A stretch of DNA of 64,000 nt from Planctomycetota bacterium. Its GTDB lineage: Bacteria; Planctomycetota; GCA-002687715; CAIWVZ01. The DNA lies in assembly GCA_044222185.1 (NCBI GenBank), contig JBGANV010000003.1, positions 160,001 through 224,000 of the forward strand, written 5' to 3'. Positions 56,858-64,000 of this stretch are shown here, piece by piece. Each line of letters starts with the position of its first letter. The stretch's first letter is position 1. The notes under the pieces are model-generated. The model did not search any database. It worked only from the letters and a program-made list of their open reading frames with translations, and was not told the DNA's origin. Position numbers and translations under genes: made by a program.

Positions 56858-58432
56858 ATGGCACAGAACATCAAGACCCGCGCGGCCGATTACGCGCAGT
56901 GGTACCTGGACGTCATCAATGCCGCCGGCCTGGCCGACTACTCACCCGTCCGCGGGTGCATGGTCATCAAGCCGCACGGCTACGCCATGTGGGAACAGCT
57001 CCAGAAGGAGTTGGATCATCGCTTCAAGGCGACGGGCCACGTCAACGCCTACTTCCCCGTCTTCATCCCCATGAGCTTCCTCGCCAAGGAAGCCAAGCAC
57101 GTGGAAGGGTTCGCCATGGAGTGCGCCGTCGTGACGCACGCCGGATTGGAGCCCGACGGCGAGGGCGGACTCCGCCCCAAGGGCAAGCTGGAAGAGCCGC
57201 TCATCGTCCGCCCGACGAGCGAGACGATCATCGGACACATGTACGCCCAATGGGTCCAGTCGTGGCGCGACCTGCCGATCCTCATCAACCAATGGGCGAA
57301 CATCGTTCGCTGGGAGATGCGCACGCGCCTCTTCCTGCGGACCATGGAATTCCTCTGGCAGGAAGGACACACCGCGCACGAGACGTGGGAAGAAGCGGAG
57401 GCGGAGACGCGCCGCATGCTCGACGTCTACTCGGACGTCGCGCAGAACGTGCTGGCGATCCCCGTGATCCGCGGCCGGAAGACACCCAGCGAACGCTTCG
57501 CCGGCGCCGACGACACCTACTGCATCGAAGCGATGATGCAGGACGGCAAGGCGCTCCAGGCGGGAACCAGCCACAACCTGGGACAGAACTTCGCGAAGGC
57601 GTTCGACATCAAGTTCCAGACGCGTGACCAGCAGGTGGCGCACGTCTACACCACCTCCTGGGGTGTCACGACCCGGCTCATCGGGGCCGTGATCATGACG
57701 CACTCGGATGACGAAGGCCTGGTCTGCCCGCCCGCCATGGCGCCGGTGCTGCTGGCCATCGTCCCGATCTACCGCAAGCCGGAAGAGCGGGACGCAGTCA
57801 TCGCCTACGCCCGCCGGCTCCTCGCGCAGATCGCCGGAGAGGAAGCCGTCGCGCGCGCAGAGGCCGAGCGCGGCAACCAGGAGATCCTGAACGTGAACCT
57901 GGGCGGCGCCCGCGTGGGACAACGCGTGGTGCTCGATCTGCGCGACGGCCTCCGTCCTCCGGACAAGTTCTTCTGGTGGGAGCAGCGCGGCGTGCCGATC
58001 CGCTTCGAGGCCGGTCCGAAGGACCTCGCACAGGAGAGCGTGATGACCGTGCTCCGTCACACGCGCGAGAAGGCGCCCATCAAGGCCGTCGACATCTCGC
58101 ACACCTGGTTCGAGGCCACGCTCGCTCGGATCCAACAGGCCCTCTTCGATCGCGCCGTCGCGTACCGGAAGGACCACACGTGGATCTGCGACAGCTACGC
58201 CGAGTTCAAGGACAAGATCGAATCGCAGCCGGGTTTCTACCTGATGCACTGGGACGGCACCGCCGAGACGGAAGCCCGCATCAAGGAGGAGACGAAGGCC
58301 ACGATCCGCTGCATTCCCCTCGCCGACACGTTGGACACGGCGGGCGGTGAAGTGAACCTCAGGACGCCCGGAACCGACCCCATGTCGGGCAAACCATCGA
58401 ACGGGCGCGTGATCTTCGCTCGCGCCTACTGA
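56858..58432 (+). CDS. proS: Proline--tRNA ligase, archaeal/eukaryote-like type
   Basis: VRGCMVIKP.GY, RPTSET, NQWANIVRWE, FLRT.EFLWQEGHT, QAGTSHNLGQNF, SWG.TTR and terminal FARAY. Confidence 0.97.
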   Translation: MAQNIKTRAADYAQWYLDVINAAGLADYSPVRGCMVIKPHGYAMWEQLQKELDHRFKATGHVNAYFPVFIPMSFLAKEAKHVEGFAMECAVVTHAGLEPDGEGGLRPKGKLEEPLIVRPTSETIIGHMYAQWVQSWRDLPILINQWANIVRWEMRTRLFLRTMEFLWQEGHTAHETWEEAEAETRRMLDVYSDVAQNVLAIPVIRGRKTPSERFAGADDTYCIEAMMQDGKALQAGTSHNLGQNFAKAFDIKFQTRDQQVAHVYTTSWGVTTRLIGAVIMTHSDDEGLVCPPAMAPVLLAIVPIYRKPEERDAVIAYARRLLAQIAGEEAVARAEAERGNQEILNVNLGGARVGQRVVLDLRDGLRPPDKFFWWEQRGVPIRFEAGPKDLAQESVMTVLRHTREKAPIKAVDISHTWFEATLARIQQALFDRAVAYRKDHTWICDSYAEFKDKIESQPGFYLMHWDGTAETEARIKEETKATIRCIPLADTLDTAGGEVNLRTPGTDPMSGKPSNGRVIFARAY

Positions 58433-58523
58433 GCTCGCAAAAGCCGGGGCGACGAGCACGATTCTTCGCAAGTAGACTGCCGGGGGAACGACGGGATCCG
58501 TCCCCGGAACCACGAGACCATTG

Positions 58524-59690
58524 ATGACCTACAACGTTGTGTGTCTGCCAGGTGACGGCATCGGCCCCGAGGTGATGAACGAAGGGCTCCGCGCGCTTCG
58601 CGCGGTGGCGAAACCCCTGGGTATCGACTTCAAGTTCGAAGAGATCCCGTGCGGCGGCCAGTACTTCCTCGCGAACGGCAAGCACCACGACTGGCCCGAC
58701 GGCAGCTTCGAGAAGTGCAAGGCGGCCGACATGATCCTCCTCGGCGCGGTCGGCTGGCCGTCGCCCGACGGCAAGGGCCCGACCCTCATGGAGAACGGGC
58801 ACATGGCCGGCCACTCGGCCGTCCTCGGCAACCGAACCAAACTCGACCTGTACGCAAACGTTCGTCCCGTCCGCCTCTACCCCGGCATCCACCATCGGAT
58901 CCACGGTGGATCGATGCAGGTGTGGCAGCCGGGCAAGGTGGACATCATCTTCGTCCGCGAGAACACGGAAGGCCTCTACAGCCCAACGGGCGGCATCCTG
59001 GCCCCCGGCGACGTGAAGCAGGTCGGCATCGATACGCGCGTCATCACGCGTCGCGGGTCGGAGCGCGTGATCCGAAAGGCCTTCGAGATCTGCCGCCGTC
59101 GCAATCGCGGCGCACCGGCCGACGGCAAGAAGCGCGTCACCTGCATCCTGAAGGACAACGTCCTCCACGGCTGCCGCCTCTTCGGCGAGATCTTCTTCGA
59201 CATCGGCAAGGAGTATCCCGAGATCGAGAAGGAGACGTCCATCGTCGACGCGTTCACGCAGTGGCTCGTCACCAAGCCCGAGTGGTACGACGTCTGCGTC
59301 ACGACGAACATGTTCGGTGACATCGTCACGGACCTCGCATCGGTGCTTCAAGGCGGCATGGGCATGGCGGCGGGCGCGAACGTCGGAGACGACCACGGCA
59401 TGTTCGAGCCGATCCACGGCTCGGCGCCCAAGCACGCAGGCCTCGACAAGGCCAACCCCATGGCCATGGTCCTCGCCGCGAAGGAAGGCTGCTCGTGGCT
59501 CGGCCATCGCAAGAACGACGCGAAGCTCGAGAAGGCGGCCGACTGCCTCGAGCACGCGGTGATGAACGTCCTCGAGCGCGGCAAGCCGCTCACGTACGAC
59601 CTGGTGGACGACCCGAAGAACGCCGCGCGCTGTTCCGTCGTAGGTGCGGCCGTGGCTGACGAGGCCGCGCGCCTTGCGACGGCGCACTGA
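58524..59690 (+). CDS. Isocitrate/isopropylmalate dehydrogenase family protein
   Basis: [37 protein letters not shown] and FEPIHGSAP motifs. Substrate not assignable. Confidence 0.9.
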   Translation: MTYNVVCLPGDGIGPEVMNEGLRALRAVAKPLGIDFKFEEIPCGGQYFLANGKHHDWPDGSFEKCKAADMILLGAVGWPSPDGKGPTLMENGHMAGHSAVLGNRTKLDLYANVRPVRLYPGIHHRIHGGSMQVWQPGKVDIIFVRENTEGLYSPTGGILAPGDVKQVGIDTRVITRRGSERVIRKAFEICRRRNRGAPADGKKRVTCILKDNVLHGCRLFGEIFFDIGKEYPEIEKETSIVDAFTQWLVTKPEWYDVCVTTNMFGDIVTDLASVLQGGMGMAAGANVGDDHGMFEPIHGSAPKHAGLDKANPMAMVLAAKEGCSWLGHRKNDAKLEKAADCLEHAVMNVLERGKPLTYDLVDDPKNAARCSVVGAAVADEAARLATAH

Positions 59691-60369
59691 TCCCAGACCA
59701 GCAACGAGAACCGCGGCCGCCGGCCGCGGTTCGAGTCTCCGAGGTGCGGCCCCGGCATCGTTCACGCCCCTCCCCGCCGCGTTCTATGCACGCAACGCAC
59801 TCCGCGTCGCGCGCGACCTGCTCGGCAAGCTCCTCGTCCGAGAACTTCCCGAGGGCCGCGTCGTCGTCCGGATCGTGGAGGTGGAGGCCTATCGCGGCCC
59901 CGCGGATCGCGCGGCCCACAGCTTCGGCGGGCGCCGCACGCCGCGCAACGAGGTGATGTACGGCCCGGCGGGCCGGCTCTACGTCTACTTCGTCTACGGA
60001 ATGCACTGGTGCGCCAACGTCGTCGCGGCACGGGAGGGTGTGCCCGAAGCCGTACTCCTCCGCGGCGCCGAGGTCATCGAGGGATCGGCCATCCTCCGAG
60101 CCCGCCGCGGTCGGGAGCTGCCGGACCACGAACTCCTGCGGGGCCCGGCGAACCTCTGCAAGGCCCTCGGAGTCGACGGAACACACAACGGCGTCGGCCT
60201 CGAGACGGGCGCGATCCATCTGGCGGATGCGCCCAGGATCGGGAGCGCACGCGTGCGGAGTTCGCCGCGGATCGGCGTCGACTACGCAGGTGTCGACGCG
60301 AGCCTGCCGTGGCGGCTGTTCGTCGCGGATTGCCGCTCCGTTTCCGGCCCGCGTCAGAAGAAGGCGTAG
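59644..60369 (+). CDS. mpg: DNA-3-methyladenine glycosylase (MPG/AAG family)
   Basis: VARDLLGK, IVEVEAY.G, YVYFVYGMH, GPANL, PRIG and PWR motifs. Start codon uncertain. Confidence 0.9.
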   Translation: MRPWLTRPRALRRRTDPRPATRTAAAGRGSSLRGAAPASFTPLPAAFYARNALRVARDLLGKLLVRELPEGRVVVRIVEVEAYRGPADRAAHSFGGRRTPRNEVMYGPAGRLYVYFVYGMHWCANVVAAREGVPEAVLLRGAEVIEGSAILRARRGRELPDHELLRGPANLCKALGVDGTHNGVGLETGAIHLADAPRIGSARVRSSPRIGVDYAGVDASLPWRLFVADCRSVSGPRQKKA

Positions 60370-60384
60370 CGCGAAACGCACGCG

Positions 60385-61482
60385 TCAGGTGGCGCGGCGC
60401 AGCAGGGAGCGATCGAGCTGGCCGATCGCCGTTCGGCCGCAGAGCCGCATCGCCAATCGCAGCTCGTCGCTCAACAGGTCGAGGGCGCGAACGACCCCCG
60501 CCTCACCCGACGTCGCGAGCGCATAGAGAATGGGTCGCCCAACGAGCACGGCCTTCGCTCCCAACGCGATCGCTTTCACGACGTCGGTGCCTCGACGGAC
60601 CCCGCCGTCGACGAGGACGTCGGCCCGGCCAGCCACCGCATCCACGACCTCCGGGAGTGCCTCGATCGGCGGGATCGAGCCGTCGAGCTGCCGGCCGCCA
60701 TGGTTGGAGACGATGACCCCCGAGCAGCCGTGCTCGACGGCAAGCGCCGCGTCCTCGGCGGTCAAGATCCCCTTCACGATCACAGGGAGCCTGGCGTTTG
60801 CCCGGAGCCACTCGACGCCTTCCCAGGTGAGCGAGTCATCGAGTTGATCGTGCACGTAGTCGGCGAAGCTCTTGTAGGCGGAACGGCCCGAGGCGTCCGT
60901 CGGCATGGCCAGCTGCGGACGGGCGGTGAAGTTGCGCAGCTCGACGCCCGGGGGAAGCGTGAAGAGGTTCCGGATGTCGCGCTCGCGGCGCCCGAGGTGA
61001 GGCGTGTCGACCGTGAGGACGAGCGCGTCGAATCCCGCGGCCTCCGCCCGATCGACCAGGTGCCGCGCCAGCGCCCGATCCTTGTACACGTAGAGCTGGA
61101 ACCAGCGCGGGCCGGGCCCCGTCGCAGCCACCTCCTCGAGCGAACTCGACGCGGCCGTGCTCAACACGAACGTGCAGTCGCGTGACGCCGCGCCGCGCGC
61201 CGTCGCCAGTTCGCCCTCGGGATGCGCAAGCCGATGGAACGCCATGGGCGCGATCACGATCGGCGACGGCATCTGGCGGCCGACGACGGTGGTGCGGAGA
61301 TCGATGGTGCTGACGTCGACGAGACTTCTCGGTCGCAGCCACCAACGGTCGTACGCCCCGCGGTTCGCCACCAGCGATCGCTCGTCTCCTGCGCCGCCGC
61401 AGAAGTAATCGAAGCTCGCTCGTGGGAGGCAGCCGCGCGCGAGGACTTCAAAATCGTCCAGGTTGATTGGGTTCTGGTCCAT
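60385..61482 (-). CDS. FMN-dependent alpha-hydroxy acid oxidase/dehydrogenase
   Basis: DY..GGA, WFQLY, LTVDTP, VKGI, SNHGGRQLD and DGGVRRGTD motifs. Confidence 0.95.
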   Translation of the reverse strand: MDQNPINLDDFEVLARGCLPRASFDYFCGGAGDERSLVANRGAYDRWWLRPRSLVDVSTIDLRTTVVGRQMPSPIVIAPMAFHRLAHPEGELATARGAASRDCTFVLSTAASSSLEEVAATGPGPRWFQLYVYKDRALARHLVDRAEAAGFDALVLTVDTPHLGRRERDIRNLFTLPPGVELRNFTARPQLAMPTDASGRSAYKSFADYVHDQLDDSLTWEGVEWLRANARLPVIVKGILTAEDAALAVEHGCSGVIVSNHGGRQLDGSIPPIEALPEVVDAVAGRADVLVDGGVRRGTDVVKAIALGAKAVLVGRPILYALATSGEAGVVRALDLLSDELRLAMRLCGRTAIGQLDRSLLRRAT

Positions 61483-61760
61483 GCCGCCGGACTCTGCATG
61501 CGCCGCGGCCGGAACTTCAAGGCTCGGAGCGTCCGGCCGACGTCCGGATGCGGTGCAGGCACGGCCCCACGCGCCACCCGATCGGCCTTGAACCTCCGTG
61601 GCCAGCCGTATTCCGCCCGCCCGGCACTCGATTCGATGGCATCTGCGCCCTATCCTGTGCGCTCATCCGGTGTCCGCATCACCCCGCACGCCGGATTCGT
61701 GGGGCGCGAGCGATCCATCCTCGCGCGCGAAGCGACCCACCATCCATGCCGAGTCCGTCA

Positions 61761-64000
61761 ATGAACCCAATGAGAAGCCTCACGATCCTGGCTGCCGGTC
61801 TGCTCGTGCTTTCCTGCGGCCGCACGCCGACGGCGTCGATGACCGCCGCCGCGGCCACCATCGACATCCAGGCCACGTCCCATGCGGCCGAGCACGGGCT
61901 CGCCCCGGATGCCGTGCGACGCATCGCCGCATCCGACGAAGCCACGGCGGCCGCATTGGCGCTCACGGTGGTGCAGGTGAAAGAGCTGCACGAGCTTCGG
62001 GGGTTGAGCAACGACATCCTCCTCACGCTCCCGAAGGTCAAACTCGACCGCGCGCTGTGGAAGTGCGCCAATCCCAAGCCCGACCGGCCGGATGAGGCCG
62101 AGCTCTGGCGATTGGAAGGCCTGAAGGACGAGAACGGCGAGATCCCGCAGAACGCGGTCCTCACCGCGAGGCAGCAACTGGATGCGCTGCCGAGCCCCGA
62201 CGGCGGGGGCATCGGGCAATTCAGCTGGACGTGGCTTGGTCCCAACAACATCGGCGGCCGGATCCGCAGCATCGCCTTCCATCCGACGACGCCGTCGACG
62301 ATGTTCGTCGGCAGCGTGTCCGGCGGACTTTGGAAGTCGACCACGAGCGGCACCAACTGGTCCGTCGTGAACGACTTCATGGCAAATCTCGCCATCACGA
62401 CCATCGTCTTCGACCCCACGAACGCGAGCGTCATGTATGTGGGAACGGGCGAGGGCTTCTCCAACGGCGGCGCCGTGCGCGGAGCCGGCATCTTCAAGAG
62501 CACGGACGGCGGCGTGACGTTCAGCCAGCTCTCGCAGACGAACAACTCCAACTTCAACTACGTGAATCGCCTCGCGATCTCGTCGAACGGCGCGACGATC
62601 CTCGCCGCGACGAACGCCGGCATATTCCAGAGCACGAACGCTGGTGGAAACTGGCTGCAGCGCACGCTCACGCGGGCGTTGGACGTCGACATCGATGCGC
62701 TGAACCCCTCCCATGCCGTCGCCGGTCAGGACAACGGCGTCGCGATCGTCTCCAACAATGGCGGCACGAGTTGGAGCGCCTCCACGGGCATCGCGGCGGG
62801 CGGGGCCCGCGTCGAAGTCGCGATCTCGAAGACGGTCGCGAACGTCGTGTACGCGTCCGTGAACCAGGGCAGCGGGCAGCTCTATCGCTCGACCGACGGC
62901 GGCGCGACGTTCACGCTCCGCAATTCGGGGACGAATTACCTGGGCTCCCAGGGGTGGTACGACAACGTCGTCTGGGTGTCGCCGTACGACGTGACCGGTG
63001 CGGCATCAGCTGACACCGTGATCGTGGGCGGAATCGACCTCTGGCGCTCGGTCGACGGTGGCACCACGCTCACGCGCATGAGCAACTGGTCGCAGGCGCC
63101 GAACAGCGCGCACGCGGATCAACACGGCATCTTCGAGACGCCGACGTTCAACGGCCTCACGGACCGCACGGTGTTCTTCTGCAACGACGGCGGCGTGTAT
63201 CGCGCGAGCAACGTCTTCACGGCCGGCACTCCGTCGTTCACCTCCGGATGGTCCGCCATGCTCTCCGGCCTGGGGATCACGCAGTTCTACGGCGCTGGCG
63301 CCAGCCCGGCTTCCAACAACGTCATCGGCGGAACCCAGGACAACGGGACGCTGAGGTACACACCCGCGACCGGCCTCACGTGGTCGACGATCTTCGGCGG
63401 CGACGGGGGCGTCTGCGCCGTCGACCCGACGAACGGCAACTACGTGTACGGCGAATATGTCACGCTCGACCTCTTCCGGTCGAGCACGGGCGGCGGCAGC
63501 ACGGGGTACATCAACGGCCGCACGGGCAACAGCTGGAAGGCGCCGCCCTACGTGATCACGGACTGCCAGAACGGATTCGCGAGCTTCATCGCACCGTTCA
63601 CGCTCGATCCGAGCAATCCGAACCGCATGATCGCCGGCGCCCGTTCCGTCTGGCGCAGCAACGACGTGAAGACGCCGAACACCTCGACGACCGGACCCCA
63701 ATGGGCCGCCATCAAGCCGCCGACCACCGGCAATTCCAATTCCACGGCCGTCTCCGTTGCGCCGAGCAGCAGCGACATCATCTGGGTTGGCCACGGAAAT
63801 GGTGACGTCTACTACACGACGAACGGGACGGCCGCGACGCCCACGTGGACGCAGCGCAACACGACGTCTCCCGCGTTGCCCGGGCGCAAGGTGACCCACA
63901 TCACGATCGACCCTGGCAACCCGAATCACGTGCTCGTGACGTTCGGCGGCTACAGCGCGCAGAACGTCTGGGTGACGAACAACGCCGGGGCGACGTGGAC
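61761..64000 (+). CDS. Secreted or lipoprotein BNR/VPS10-type beta-propeller (glycosyl hydrolase-like), 3'-truncated by the window
   Basis: Frame is open to the window end. Signal LTILAAGLLVLSC, WTWLGPNNIGGRIR, many S.DGG.(T/S)(F/W) Asp-boxes, HADQH, NDGG, GGTQDNG and GGDG. Confidence 0.88.
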   Translation, partial: MNPMRSLTILAAGLLVLSCGRTPTASMTAAAATIDIQATSHAAEHGLAPDAVRRIAASDEATAAALALTVVQVKELHELRGLSNDILLTLPKVKLDRALWKCANPKPDRPDEAELWRLEGLKDENGEIPQNAVLTARQQLDALPSPDGGGIGQFSWTWLGPNNIGGRIRSIAFHPTTPSTMFVGSVSGGLWKSTTSGTNWSVVNDFMANLAITTIVFDPTNASVMYVGTGEGFSNGGAVRGAGIFKSTDGGVTFSQLSQTNNSNFNYVNRLAISSNGATILAATNAGIFQSTNAGGNWLQRTLTRALDVDIDALNPSHAVAGQDNGVAIVSNNGGTSWSASTGIAAGGARVEVAISKTVANVVYASVNQGSGQLYRSTDGGATFTLRNSGTNYLGSQGWYDNVVWVSPYDVTGAASADTVIVGGIDLWRSVDGGTTLTRMSNWSQAPNSAHADQHGIFETPTFNGLTDRTVFFCNDGGVYRASNVFTAGTPSFTSGWSAMLSGLGITQFYGAGASPASNNVIGGTQDNGTLRYTPATGLTWSTIFGGDGGVCAVDPTNGNYVYGEYVTLDLFRSSTGGGSTGYINGRTGNSWKAPPYVITDCQNGFASFIAPFTLDPSNPNRMIAGARSVWRSNDVKTPNTSTTGPQWAAIKPPTTGNSNSTAVSVAPSSSDIIWVGHGNGDVYYTTNGTAATPTWTQRNTTSPALPGRKVTHITIDPGNPNHVLVTFGGYSAQNVWVTNNAGATW

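Noticed and set aside
1-64000. Many long alternative-frame and antisense ORFs (e.g. 4894-7512 -, 23159-25549 +, 34776-37133 -, 53757-55841 -)
   Set aside because: They are Arg/Ala/Pro-rich shadows of real genes, expected at high GC, and carry no motifs.
1-64000. CRISPR array, prophage, IS or integron, rRNA
   Set aside because: No repeat-spacer array, transposase, integrase, phage structural gene or rRNA-like sequence was seen.

Overview
A very GC-rich, gene-dense bacterial window with no sign of phage, IS, CRISPR or rRNA. Gene content suggests Planctomycetota (HEAT-repeat, DUF1570-like, membrane Ser/Thr kinase and many signal-peptide proteins); this is an inference. Recognisable content: a receptor-less chemotaxis cluster (cheA-cheW-cheY-cheB-cheR-cheX-cheY-CheC/X-like), tRNA-Asp(GTC), archaeal/eukaryote-type proS, housekeeping enzymes, an OPT transporter and many large secreted proteins. 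Five signals stand out. (1) A shared ~110-140 aa domain ends 8-9 unrelated secreted proteins and may be a sorting or surface-anchoring tag. (2) An unannotated ~220-nt, five-hairpin, GGA-rich RNA lies between pgl and proS, with its own terminator and a sigma28-like promoter also seen twice in the che cluster; it is a candidate CsrA sponge. (3) A standalone patatin-TIR fusion is a candidate defence gene. (4) A 34-aa membrane microprotein sits behind a near-consensus sigma54 promoter. (5) Three genes are interrupted (two single in-frame stops, one multi-frameshift relic). All calls come from reading motifs by eye; no database searches were run.
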